Shown piece after piece: positions 13,128 to 26,479 of a DNA stretch of 64,000 bases. Origin of the DNA: Octopus vulgaris (Eukaryota). The stretch is from contig OX597816.1 in assembly GCA_951406725.2 (NCBI GenBank), positions 64,108,001 to 64,172,000 of the forward strand, in the 5' to 3' direction. The position numbers and the translations under genes are program-made. Under the pieces are notes generated by a model that saw nothing but the letters and a program-made list of their open reading frames with translations, searched no databases and was not told where the DNA came from. Numbering within the stretch: position 1 is the first letter of the stretch; each line of letters begins with the position of its first letter.

Positions 13128-13566
13128 AAGAACTCTTAGAGGAAAAAAAAAATATTCGTTTTCACCATATAAATAGAGATAAAGCAGGTAAATGTTTGAA
13201 AATAACATCATATTATTAATTCAGAACACGTCACAGCATTAATTCAGAACATATCTTCATCGAGAAATAAAGGAAACTGACACAAGCGAAAAAATAAAGA
13301 AAAACAAAAAAAAGTATTTATATATGTGGAATTCAACTTTTAGACAAGAAAATCGAAGCTGAAACACATCAGCTACTGAGTTTGAAAAATATCTTGCGGG
13401 TGGCTCATATTCGCATATATCTCTATTATACCTACACACATACATAATATATAAATATACATATATATATACATATATATATATATATACACATACATTC
13501 ACACATATACATAGATACATACACACACATGTATACATACATATATATATATATATATACATTATC

Positions 13567-13598
<32 letters not shown>

Positions 13599-13599
13599 C

Positions 13600-13663
<64 letters not shown>

Positions 13664-13969
13664 GTTATCTTCATTTTCCAAAAAGAATAACTGAATCACG
13701 GTTTTGAAAGATGTTACAGTAATTGATATAGCTTTTATAACTCCATAATGTTGAAGGAATGGATGCTAAAATCATTGCAAAGATAGGCTACAAGCAGATA
13801 ACGGATTTTGCATGACGTAGAAGCGAGAAAGGAAATATGTACAAAAGGTAATAGATACAGATTACATGTAACGAAAGGTTGCATGAAGCTTGCAGCTCGA
13901 TATAGAATCAATAATGGAATTTAAAAACCAAAGTTGTTATGTGTTTGCCATGTTGTTTACAATATAGTA

Positions 13970-14372
13970 GTGCAGTCATGTGACCAAGTAGCTAGGGTAC
14001 TCGTCTCATGCTCGTAAAGTTATGAGTTTGATACCCGGAGGTGTGTTCTGTCATTCAGCAAGGCACTTTATTTCGCTCAGCTGGCAAAAGAAAATGAGTT
14101 GTACCTGTATTTCTTAGGGTCAGATTTGCTACATCCACAGTCAACGTGAATCTCCCCGAGAACTACTCTTTTACTCTTTACTTGCTTCGGTCATTTGACT
14201 GCGGCCATGCTGGAGCACCGCCTTTAGACGAACAAATCGACCCCAGGACTTATTCTTTGGAAGCTCAGTACTTATTCTATCGGTCTGTTTTGCCGAACCG
14301 CTAAGTTACGGGGAGGTAAACACATCACCATCGGTTGTCAAGCGATGTTGGGGGACAAACACAGGCACACAA

Positions 14373-14461
<89 letters not shown>

Positions 14462-14715
14462 TACGATGGGCTTCTTTCAGTTTCCGTCAACCAAATCCAC
14501 TCAAAAGGCTTTGGTCGGTCCGATGCTATAGTAGAAGACAGTTGCTCGAGGTGCCACGTAGTGAGACTGAACCCCGAACCATGTGGTTCGTAAGCTAGCT
14601 ACTTACCACACAGCCACACCTGCGCTAAACATTAAGTGTACGAATGTTTTCGGATCAGGCTGTTCCCTTAATCAGATCAGCTGGAACACTCGCCGTCGTA
14701 ACCGATGGAGTACCG
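13970..14715 (+). mobile_element. Degenerate tRNA SINE (family D) interrupted by a family A SINE
   Basis: Body breaks at ctccccgagaactac (about 14165) and resumes at attaag.gtac (about 14630); related sequence on the opposite strand at 45650-45830. Confidence 0.65.
14166..14625 (-). mobile_element. tRNA-derived SINE family A
   Basis: Reverse complement of the 4077-4480 type, with internal (CA)n(TA)n. Confidence 0.9.
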
Positions 14716-15115
14716 GACTGCAATACAGGAAGGCAGCGAGCAGACAGAATCGCCAGCAAGTTGAACAAATACTTAGCGGCGTTTCTTCTCTCTTTCTCAA
14801 CATTCTGAATTCAAATACCGTCGATATCTAATTTCATTTTAATCACTTCAGTGTCGATTAAATAAATTATTATGCAACTACGGGGATGGATCCGATCGAA
14901 ATTGCTGATGCTGGCCCCTGCAATGTACCGCTGTTTCATTGTCCCTTTTCAGAGGGAATGTTGGGATCTCCGTTACTTATACGCCGTAGCATCTACATAC
15001 ACATATACATACATACATACATACAGACACATGTATATTTATATGTATGTATGCATTATCTATCAATCTATGTCTCCCTTCCCCCCCTCTCTGTCTCTGT
15101 CTGTCTGTCTGTCTG

Positions 15116-15187
<72 letters not shown>

Positions 15188-15214
15188 CTTATGATATAAG
15201 GATAAAATTACGTT

Positions 15215-15399
15215 ATTTATATTATTCACATTCAACGGATATTTGTCCTCATCTTGTTTCTTGTTAACACAACGTTTCGGCTGATATACCCTCCAGCCTT
15301 CATCAGGTGTCATGGGGAAATTTCGAACCTAGGTTCTCATTCCTAAGGTATATTTGATGATGCTGTTATTATTATTATTATTGTTGTTGTTATTATTAC

Positions 15400-15474
<75 letters not shown>

Positions 15475-15549
15475 AGTCACTGCTTTGAATCGAACACGGA
15501 ATATTGGGTTAGTAGATCGAGCTCTTAACCACTATGTCATATCCCCGTG
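15215..15549 (-). mobile_element. SINE family C (hammerhead-tailed)
   Basis: Reverse complement of 4777-5036 with a longer (AAT)n. Confidence 0.85.
15266..15311 (-). ncRNA. Minimal type I hammerhead ribozyme
   Basis: Minus strand gacac-CTGATGA-a-ggctg..cagcc-GAAA-cg-TT-gtgtt. Confidence 0.75.
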
Positions 15550-15552
15550 TGT

Positions 15553-15554
15553 AA

Positions 15555-15615
<61 letters not shown>

Positions 15616-15793
15616 TTGAAAAATACCTTAGGAACGAGAACCCAGGTTCGAAATTTCCCCATGACACCTGATGAAGGCTGGAGAGTATATCAGCCGAAAC
15701 GTTGTGTTAACAATAAATAAGCTGAGGACAAATATCCGTCAAATGTGAATAATGTAAATAATGTACATAATTCCTCATCTCTTAAATATAGAA
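15553..15793 (+). mobile_element. Headless family C tail, inverted relative to 15215-15549
   Basis: (AAT)n followed by the same tail sequence on the + strand. Confidence 0.85.
15663..15708 (+). ncRNA. Minimal type I hammerhead ribozyme
   Basis: gacac-CTGATGA-a-ggctg..cagcc-GAAA-cg-TT-gtgtt. Confidence 0.75.
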
Positions 15794-16145
15794 ATCTAAG
15801 AATAAAATTGCTTAAATTTTTATCAGTGGCTAGTATATGAAAATGTACATTTTATATATATATAACAATTCAATAAATAAAACATATGCATACATACATA
15901 CATATATGTACATACCTACATATATATGTATGTATACATGCATATATATATATGAGTACAGGACACCACAAATAAACGTAGAACACAACGAGAAACGAAA
16001 ACATAAAAACAAACAAGGAAACGGACTTGTTTTAACAACGAAAAAACAGAGTACAAGACAAACAATACAAGGAATATTCCCCTTCATCAACTGCCCCTGG
16101 TTCGACTCAATGCGTATGTACATATATATATATATATATATATAT

Positions 16146-16330
16146 CGGTTTGCGGAACACGACCGAGACATCCGTCTCGCCAACCACACCTCGGTCTCGC
16201 GCCATTTCCGCTCTACCGGTCACCCTTTACAACACCTGTCTGTTAGGATTGTTCTTGCACAGAGGCCATCTGGACTTCCGTCTTCACTCTCCTTTGCGCC
16301 ACATGGACTCGACTCTCGTCTCTCTTCATC
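16146..16330 (+). mobile_element. Penelope-like GIY-YIG endonuclease C-terminal remnant
   Basis: RFAEHDRDIRLANHTSVSRHFRSTGHPLQHLSV...APHGLD resembles the PLE pattern RFxEH..I...VARHF...H...PxGLN; starts at (TA)n. Confidence 0.65.
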
Positions 16331-17649
16331 TAACCCGCCTTCTCTCTCCTTTCTTCCTCTCACACCTAATTTCTCCCACCCACCTCTCCTCTCCTGCTCT
16401 GGCACCTACTTTCACCTCTTCATTCCTATCCACCTTCTCCGTTCCACCCACTCCCCTCATCATCACCCCTCCATCGTTACCCCACCCCTACATATTCCAT
16501 CCCCCACTATCTCTATACATCTCATCCCACCCCTACCCCAAAGCGACCACACCACACATCACCATACCACACCACACCACACCACATCACACTACCCACA
16601 CACACTAGCACTGACTACTCCCCAGCATCCGCACCAGAGAACATAGTAGCACTGACCACTTCCCAGCACCTTCACCATCATCCACACACTTACACATGCA
16701 CACATGCACACGTCAATGTCACTAGCCCCCTTCCACAGGCACATACACGCTCTCATATAATTACGCACACGCACCTTCGTTTTCGGATCACCACTACTTT
16801 ATTATCTCCCAATATTCCAACTCTCCTGTGTGTCCGGCATTCGCCATGATAGATCATCTCTTATGATAAAAGGCATATTTTCTCTGCCTGTTACCATGTT
16901 CGTTTTTAATACAATTCTACAATATAGAATTTCTTCAATTGGAATTTACCTATGATTTTTTGAAATACATTTTTATTCGGTCACGGCATATAAATTTCTT
17001 TCAATTTGACCCCCAATTAAGCAAAAATTTGAGAAAACTCAATATTTTACGATTTCCCTCTCCCATTTCAAAGGCTTTACTCCGCCTATTACCACACTTT
17101 CTCCTACTTTCTCTTTACACACATAGACACGCAAACATATACATATATGACAGTGACAAACAAAAACGTTTCAAACAACTACATACAAACACTCAAACAC
17201 ACACACACGTGTGTGTTTGTTATTAGTAAAAAAGGCGCCAAACACAATTCACTTTCTCATTCGAGCACATTTGCAAACACACAGCAATAATTCACTGACA
17301 TATGGTGAGTAGATGCTAGCCGCTCACATGAGTTACACTATTACACCAATTGTACTGGGACTGTTGTCTACTTCCCGTTAGTTTTTAGTGTCGAGGAAAC
17401 AAAACTTTCTCGAGAAATAACAAAAGAAAACACTCCTAGATTTCACAAAGAACTTTAAGAAACGATAGGAACTAAGTTTAGTTGAAGAAAAGAGACGGAT
17501 TTAAGGAAATCAGACGGTCGAATTAGAATGATAACTCAACAAAAAAGGTTATTTGGTCTTTAATTTACTTTCTGTCGCTAAGTTTTCTTAGTATTAATTT
17601 GCGAGCGTACTTCAGTTGTCAATTGTTGAAAGAAAATTGTAAGCTAAGA

Positions 17650-17650
<1 letters not shown>

Positions 17651-17736
<86 letters not shown>

Positions 17737-17749
17737 TGTGTGTGTGTGT
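17651..17749. repeat. (TG)n microsatellite
   Basis: Seen directly. Confidence 0.97.
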
Positions 17750-17867
17750 AGGAAGTGAACGATAAAAACATGTCAAGAAGTGGACAGATGTACATATATA
17801 CATCCATACATCCATACATACATATGTGTGTGTGTGTGTATATATGTGTATTAATGTGTGTGTGTTA

Positions 17868-18254
17868 TCTCTCTCTATATAAAGCTGAAGTTGTCTGTGT
17901 GCGCCAGGTTTGGTAACCTTCAACTAACACTATCTCCTCCGAGACCCTGCGGCGCAAGTTGACCAAAATTGAGAGTATGATAGAAGGGTTGCTCTTCCTT
18001 CCGTAGAAGATAAAATTCAAATCGGACCATGTTAACACCAAAAATTATTTACATCAAAAAGGTGCCTTTACTATGAAAATCCCTATTTTTTACGATTTTT
18101 TCACTGCTGTGTCGCCACTTTTCGGTGTATTTCAACCAGAAAATTGTTCACTTAAAGAGAATAACAAGCTACATAATGCAAAATTTTTACTTTTCAAAAA
18201 TTCCAATTCCAGCGGGTCGAAACAAACCCGAGCAACGCCAGGCGATACTGCTAG
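17868..18254 (+). mobile_element. Non-autonomous Helitron
   Basis: A|TC..tatataaa 5' end, imperfect GC hairpin near 3' end, CTAG|T terminus. Confidence 0.75.
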
Positions 18255-18303
18255 TTAGCTTCTAAACCTTTTTCTATTTTCTCTCCCTGTTTATTTTTGT
18301 GCT

Positions 18304-18341
18304 CCTATCTGTCGAAGAGCGTAGGCTCGAAACGTAAAAGA
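18304..18341 (+). ncRNA. Degenerate minimal hammerhead-like motif
   Basis: CTGTCGA-a-gagc(gtag)gctc-GAAA-cg-TA; core position 6 is non-consensus and stem I is weak. Confidence 0.4.
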
Positions 18342-20406
18342 CTTTCTCACTTCTCGAGTGTTAAACTAATACATATGTTTGTTGTCTACACACCAGTCTT
18401 CGTCTTTTGTTTTTTTATATAAATTCCCACTATATATATATATATATATATATATACTATACGTTGATGGTTGTACTACTACTACGGACTATAGCAAATC
18501 TGATAATTATTTTATATGTAATTATGACGATGAAAATGATGTTATGCAACAAGCGACATTCTTGTTATAATTATATATATGATAAAAAAAACAACTTTAG
18601 ATCAATGTCTAGCTCGAAGTTTTGATTTAATTACCAATATTTAACATCTCTTATATATATTTTTTCTTTGTATTGCAGACTGTTCCTGGAGCAACTTGTT
18701 CTTTTACATTTTAAAAATTGTAGTTATAATTGACAGATAGTGGCTCAGGAATTTTTATGTGACATCCTATCGTCTCTTATTTTTGGCCTAAAGGTTATTG
18801 GAGAACGAGACGCAGATGTGAACGCTATTGATGACTGCTCAACATGATCGCTCGTTTTACCAGGAAATTCAAAGACATTTTTCTCAAATCACTAGCGAAC
18901 ATCTTGAAGGTGAATGCACTGGATAATACGGTCCAGTGTACGATATACCACATCAAACGACTGGGTGATAATATGTGGATTGTTTTTAATATAAGTCTGC
19001 TGAATCTGGTTTTACTGAGGATAATCAACAGCAAAACAATACTGGATGTTCTGCTATTATCCAATCATATATATTATGTTGGATCAAACTCCGATCCCTT
19101 TGCACTCAACTGTAGAATGCGGATAACTGTAGTAACTCTAGCGCAAATAGTTATTGTTATAGTCGCTGCTGTGTAGCTCTAGGTGGCCCTGATCGAATAT
19201 TTCGAAGAATAAATACGCTTTAGGGGTGACCATCTTGTCTTTTATAAAATTCGCCATTACTTGATTATTTCAGATATTCCGTTTTTTCAAAGTTGGCCTG
19301 TCCAAAGCATTTTCATAATTCTTTTCTAAACGTCCATGCTTGTTTTCAGTCATTTTCTCAACCCTTCTTTCATACCTTCAAAGTAATAAAAAAACTTTCT
19401 TTTTATAAGCGTCTTATTACTTAGGTTTTTAAAAGAAATTGTGAATGTGATCATAAATGATGCATGGATGCTATGGATATGTGTCTTGTATGTCAGATGT
19501 AATACACAAGACAGCTAATGTAGTAATGGAGTACTGATTTGAGGAAATTATGGGTGCTGTTTCCAGCTGGTCATGCGACAGCGTAGTGGATATCTCAACT
19601 GTTCGAACGGTATAAATGCTATAAATATAATCGCCACTAGCCGTGTCAGAATGTTCCTCTTTTATTTGGTTTTCAATTTAAATTTCAGTAAAAAGCTTTC
19701 TTAATCACTCGCATTTTCACCCGTTCCTTGTATCATTTCTTTCATCAAATTGATCTTAGGGGTGTCCATCTATCGGCTAAGGATTTGTTTACCTGATCCC
19801 TTTTATTAAATTCAACTTTAAAATAAGTACCTTATTTTTATCTTTTACTGGCTTCAGTTATTGAACTGCGTCCATGCTAGGGCACTGCCCTGGGGTGTTT
19901 TACTTGAACAAATGGACCCCATTACTTATTTAATGTCTTGTAATTGCTATATTGATATCTGTTATCGAACTGCTTATAGGGTCGTAAGGAAGCGAAATTT
20001 GATCACCATTTGTTGGGAGGTGTGAAAATTGCAGACACAGACCTAGACACACGCAAACACACGCATACACACAAAAAACACGAGTGTTTATGGTGGTGGT
20101 GGTGGTGGTGATGGATGTCTGAAAGCGCGTGGTCAGGTGGTTTGGTCCTTGAATTCACAATCTCAACATTGTAGTTTCAAATCACAGACGGAAACACTTC
20201 ATTTCGCGTTGCTTTAGTACATTCAGTTATGAATGAGTAAACCAGAGATGAATTGGCATTCTGTTCAGGGTGATTGTTGGCCTGTCCAATAAGCCAGTAG
20301 GGTGACTTTATTCAAAAAAGTTACAATAATGAGAGAAAGAGCATTGTGACCCGCGGTGTATAAAACTTCCGATATCTTGCTCATTACAGTAACACACACA
20401 CACACA

Positions 20407-20524
<118 letters not shown>

Positions 20525-20527
20525 TCG

Positions 20528-20850
20528 TGGAGGTTGCATGGCTCAGTGGTTAGAGCATTTGGCTCACTGTCATGAAGTAGTGTGTTCGAATCTCGAACCG
20601 ATCTGTGAGTCATGTTCTTGAGCCAGACATTTATTTCGCGTTGTTCCAGTTCAATCAGCTGTAGAAATGAGTCGTGACGTCACTGGTGCCAAGCTGTATC
20701 GGTCTTTACTTTTCCCTTGAATAACATCGGTGGCGTGGTGGCCGGTATGTATGGATAGCTGATGTTCTTTCAAAAATAAGCTTGCCTGGACTTGTACCTC
20801 GGAGACGAACTTTCTAGGTGCAATCCCATGGTCATTTATGACCTACCCTG
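20528..20850 (+). mobile_element. tRNA-derived SINE
   Basis: A box tggctcagtgg, B box gtgttcgaatc; follows (TA)n. Confidence 0.7.
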
Positions 20851-20989
20851 TTTTTATACATGCACCAGGTTGCGTCAAGAGTTTTGGCAAATTTACCTCC
20901 ATGTTATATCATTAAATTGATACATACCCAATCATTGCTGAACGTTGTATTTCTTATTTTCCTGTATGACATAAAATCATTAATTGTTT

Positions 20990-21720
20990 ATTTTAAATAT
21001 TTGATAATGAGCAGTGTAAACGTTGCAATTAGAAACATTTTGCGTTACCTATGGATAAAGAGATAGAGTGAATGGTGAGCAGCAAAAAGAAATGAATGAA
21101 ACGGAAGGCCCGGCAACTGTCAACGAACGTGTGAAACAAAACTGGCTCAAGGAAGGTGACAACAGCCTCAAAGACAAACCCAGGTCAAGGTAACCTGATG
21201 TGGAAGATAAAGCCTTGCTTAAAACCGTTGAGCAACAGCCAATGGCAAGCACTCCGATATTATCGGCAGATATTAGTCCTTCACAAAGCCTCATCAGCGT
21301 TGTGTTGAGAATAAATTCTGTCGTGAAGCCCTTTGTATATTGACCAATGATCAGGCTCAATAACGTGTGAAAATATACGAAGAACTGCTGACAAAATCTT
21401 GAGATGTGCGTCTTTTTTGGCGTTGAAGTATAACCGCAGATTGAAAAGGGATCTATTTCCATAATATTGTGAAGAGAGATCAGTGGCTTTGTTACGACTA
21501 GTCTCTAGAAATTGTTGTCAAAGCAGGGTAGTTTGAACATTTGGTAAAGTTGTATGCTTACTGGGATTTTGAGGGGTTGCTGTACATTGAGTTTGTCCGA
21601 GATGGTCATGCTGGGAACGCTAACCTTTATTTTCAATAAATCCGGTGGGTATATGATATTTTTAAAGACTGGTGCCTGGCCCTGGTCAATCGAAGTCGCG
21701 CACTTCTACAGCATGAGATT
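20990..21720 (+). mobile_element. Decayed mariner (Tc1/mariner) transposase
   Basis: Pieces read EGDNSLKDKPRS(GR)P..EDKALLKTVEQQP, WDFEGLLYIEF and LVNRSRALLQH(DNA), matching mariner HTH and catalytic motifs; contains stops and frameshifts. Confidence 0.75.
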
Positions 21721-22082
21721 GCCTCAACACATATTGCCAGTCTGACCCAGTGCATAACTGAGGAACCCGAAGGCCGAGAACAGCTGATCCACCCTACCAA
21801 CAATCCAAACCACGCAAAGAACTCCCTGATTAGGTTTTCAACCTTATCCACATTGCTGAACCCCCGCGCCATATAGGAAATGAGCCATGGCTCGTAAAAT
21901 GTGGTAATACGGTAGGTGCAATGTCTGGATAGTAGGGAGTGGGAGGCAGCACTTCTATCGCTTCAAGTTCCTCAATTATGCACTAGGACAAATTGGCAGA
22001 TTATGGGATACATCTTGATGAACGAATGCATTTCGCATGCAATTTGTTTGACCTATTAAAAAGGAATTACAAAAATATTTGA

Positions 22083-22129
<47 letters not shown>

Positions 22130-25100
22130 ATATGTGTGTGTGTGTGTGTGTACCACGGATTTCTACTGAGCTTCTGTCACAAGCCATTAGTAAACTCGTG
22201 TCTATGCCTGAAGACACTAGCTCAAGCTGTCGCATAGTTGGACTGATATTTTGAAATCACGTTGTAGCAAAGTGAGTTTCTTTTTACATAACAAATTATC
22301 CATAAAATTGCGCTGTGTATTAGATATATTTTGCTAAGAAGGATGATTTCTGCACCCGTTAAAATATCTTTGTAGTTGTAGTTGTTATTGCGAATATCTT
22401 TTTAAAAAAATCTGCTTATTTTGGGTATGTGCGTACAAATTCCATATTGAACTGTAATTTACCGAGGTATATAGTGACAAAATACTATCACCCAAAGCAT
22501 ATTTTTTATTGAGTATTCAACCGATAGACAAATAAGGGGCAAACTAGCAAAGCTGTTTAAGCGTCAGGCGAAATCGTTCTAGTGTTAAGAGTTCAAATCA
22601 CACCGTGTATTACCTGGGTGACAGTTTTAATTCCTCGATTTCTTTTTTTTTTTGTCTTTTTGAATACACATTTCTCCGTTTTGATGATTTTAGGTGTGCC
22701 CCATTTTATTGCAATCTTTAAGACAGTAATCCGGTTTGCGTTTGCCTTCCTTTCTGCCAAGCGCAGAAACGTTTTAAAGGAGTCTGAATAAAAAATATTA
22801 AAATCTTTTTACCCACAAATCTGACCTGATAGGCTAAAGCTATCTTGAAAGGCACCACTCTTTGTGTATTCCAACATAGTGTATCTCTACCGCAATTCAG
22901 TGTGTCCATCCATTATAAAAGATAATACATTTTATCTAATTCGAAAACATTTCTAATATTATCAACAGCTCAGGATATACATTTTTTGCTCCCTAAAATT
23001 ATGTATTCGTAATTGCCAACTGAAACTTAATGTAAGGAGAAAAAGAAATTCTCTTAGAATAAATTAGTTAGTATTATGTTTTGTTCCTTCAAGGAGGATC
23101 AAAAGATCGAAGAGCTAAATCGTCACTTATACCGAAGAGTTCAGTGGTGTTAAGTAATGCTAAGTAAAAAGAACCAAGATTATAGACTTAAATTAGTTTT
23201 TATAGAAAAGTGACGTTTTAAGTATACGATAAACAATTATGATTTTCATTATACTTCTTCGATATACATATGAAATCGTCAAGAAGATAATTTATTCTAT
23301 TAACGTTACTATTATATTGTTACAAAATTCATATTTACCACAAATGATAAACTGAGCTTGAATTGGTTACTTTACTCTCTTCGAATTAGCCATCGTGGCT
23401 CGAAGAACTACTCAAATTATAGGCCGCTGTCGAAAAGTAGCTTATTTCGAAGGTGAATGCAAATTTATATGATTTAGTCTGGAAGAACTTCCCTCTTCGC
23501 GGTGTTTGTAGACAGTTGTCGTACGTGGGATGTAAGTGATTGATGTTGCAAATGGAGGATATTGCAAGACAAAATAAGCGTAACGGGAGATACATATCAG
23601 ATTTATAATATCCTGATTCTCATGAAATCTAGTTTTATTATTTTTATCATACCTAGCGAAGGTACCTGACCGAATCCTTTGGCACGCCGGGCAAAATGTC
23701 TAGTGGTCTTTCGACCGGTTTGACTTTGTGAGTTCTAATGACGCCAAGTTTGACTCTGCCATTCATCGGTCGGCATCGATAAAACAGTTCAGCCATGGAT
23801 CGATGTAATCGTCATCTCATTCACGTCAGAATCGCGGGCTTGGTACCAAAAGTAGAATGAATACCTTTATCACTAGTACATCGGAATTTGAAGTACGCGT
23901 GACGGCAATAATGCTCAGGTATTGAAAACTACTGAATACTAAGTGTAGTTTTAAAGACAATCAATCTGTGAATTTAAAATTAGTTATCTAATTTTAAGTG
24001 GCAAAACGTCATTGAAAGTTGGTTTAATGATGCAAACTTCATTTCTTTTAATCTTACAATAGTTTTCGTACTGAACGGAAGCGTAACCTTGATATATACA
24101 TGTAGTATAAAAGCCATACTGCTTTTACCGTAAAACATATTTTTGTCAAACTCTGATGGAAATATCCTAAACCAGCCAAGATTTTATTTAAGTTTTCAAT
24201 GCCTAACTTGTTAATAATCCAATGTTCAATTATCAATTCAACGAACCGTTAATAAGATATGGGGAATATTTCTGTAGCTAATGACAGAAGAATTATATTG
24301 AAATAGCTTTCATCTCAACGGATATACAAAGTGAATTAAATATATTCCTTGTGTATGGGGAAAAGCTTTCATATATGCATTTAACCAAAAGTAAAATTAA
24401 TAACTTTAATTATAAAATACTGGAAATTGGTATTCTTATAACAAAACGACTTGTATATAAATCGATGCACATCACGAAAGAATTAATATTGTTCAGAAAT
24501 TAATATTTAATTTCGATATCAATTATGGAAATTACATTTTATCCTTCGCCTGTTTCTAAGTTAATTGTTCTCTAGGTTGTATTAGCATAAAATGCACCTT
24601 AACGAAGTTTGTAACCTATTTGACCTTTCATTTCACCTCGAAAATGCAGTGCACGAGTGCAATGTATATCAATGTAATATCCTCCGGCGTCCCCAAATAT
24701 TTCAGTGCTTTAGGAAATGGATTAGGAAAACCACCAGAGCTCAAACTCAGACTTATGTACAGCTGATGTCTCAGTAAAAATGACTCAAATATATATAGCA
24801 AATGAACAGATAATATACTGCTGATTTCTTAAAACTATCATGGGTCCTTATATTGCCCATGAATCGATATGAGTTCATTGTAGAACAAGATTTTATTGAG
24901 TTCGATAAGTATCGAGAGCAGAACATAAAAAACGAACCTAAATACTGTAGGATTTCAAATTCAAAGTTTTATCAGTGGTATCACATCTTCATTGCTATTA
25001 CGTATAGTATTGTTTGATTTAGAGTGTTCCATCATAACACACAAGATATATAACATTTGAAAAAATGTTACCCTTATGACAAGTATGATAGGAACAGAAT

Positions 25101-26479
25101 GATATATGTTTATCTAGTTATTCAAGGAAATTAAAACATGTTACGTTAATTATGAAATACTCTAACATACACAGGGAAAAATTATAGTGAAAACACTAAT
25201 TTTTCTCTAAGCTACTCCACAAAAATATGTAGGTTATTACAGGTGGCTAGCATACATCCATAACACTAGTGAAGGTCGAGATATGATTTACAGCAAATTT
25301 TATATCAATTAGAATCACCAGGGAATAATCTACTTTTATAAAGTTTTCTAAGAAGTTTTGAAGGTCAAAAATGGTTTGGTTTTTAAGGGAAATATTCAAG
25401 AAACCATCGGTGTTTCCTTATTTTATTGAAAACTTCATTGTCAAATTTACGACACCTTTAACAAATACTGTCTTATTACGGCTTCGTGACTTAGCAAGAC
25501 GGTATCAATGAATAAAAGGAAAACAGAAACGAAGATACCCGGAAGGAGGAAGGTCATATGTTTAGACGTCACATTGTTTCTGGGATGCGACTTGAATGAC
25601 ATCTTAGATGCTGGCTAATTTTATGTATCTTATACGTGAGTGAAACTTAATAACTTGTGCCGCTAGTCAAGCGAATTCCACTGTGTATCGAATAGAGATT
25701 GTTTCTTTACCATGCATACCTATGCGGATATGGATGAACGTCACTGAATCCTATAGACCGTATAAAAAATTCATTTATAGGGAGAATATGACACCAAATA
25801 TTTTGGCTAATCGACTAAGCACGCCACAAGTTTATAATATGCATTGTCAACCTGCATAGGACTAGAAAGTAAGTTGCGTTAGAAAATATTGGTATAGGAG
25901 GTTAGGTTGCTAGGAAGCGAATCATGATCGACATTTCAGCGGCAGAGATTACTGTCGACAATGTCGCTGATGCGAAGCATAAAAGCTGTTTTGTCAGAAT
26001 TAGAGTCCCACATCTTAATTAAAGAGAAAGAAAGAAATAGAGTTAGAAGGAGAGAGAGACAAACAGAGAGACACAGAAGGAGGGTGAGAGAAAGAGAGAG
26101 AGGGAGAGAAAACATTGTCGTATCAGTTGAATGCAGGCTTCTAGCAGCAATTCTCCAAATTCTTTTGGAGTTCACGTTTTGCTCAAAATTCAGAACAGCA
26201 TTTTATAATGCTCTCTAAGAAGTTTTTGAAGGTAAAAATGGTTTGGTTTTTAAGGGAAATGATGGTGAGATGTGGTTGTGAAAGGAGAATTTTTCGGTTT
26301 AAAATGAAATACCCTATGACTTACGAGCTTAGTGAATGCATACCATAACTGGGAAAAGCACTGCGAATATCCCCAGCTGTATTAAACAAATAGGGGTGAA
26401 ACGTTTGAACCAAGACCCGAACACAGAGGATATCATGAACAACTTACATCTCATGAAAGCAAAAGTTGAGATTTTTTAA

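Noticed and set aside
16060-16112. Minus-strand gTTGATGAagggg resembling an HHR core
   Set aside because: No GAAA or stem III follows the putative stem II; the fold cannot be completed.
18660-18850. Strong splice-acceptor-like site (tttttctttgtattgcag) and an ankyrin-like DADVNAID peptide
   Set aside because: No open exon with a donor; peptide is short and followed by a stop; could be chance.
25333-26260. Sequence of about 60 bp repeated at 25333-25392 and 26201-26260
   Set aside because: Real dispersed repeat fragment, but no termini, TSD or structure to support an LTR-like unit.
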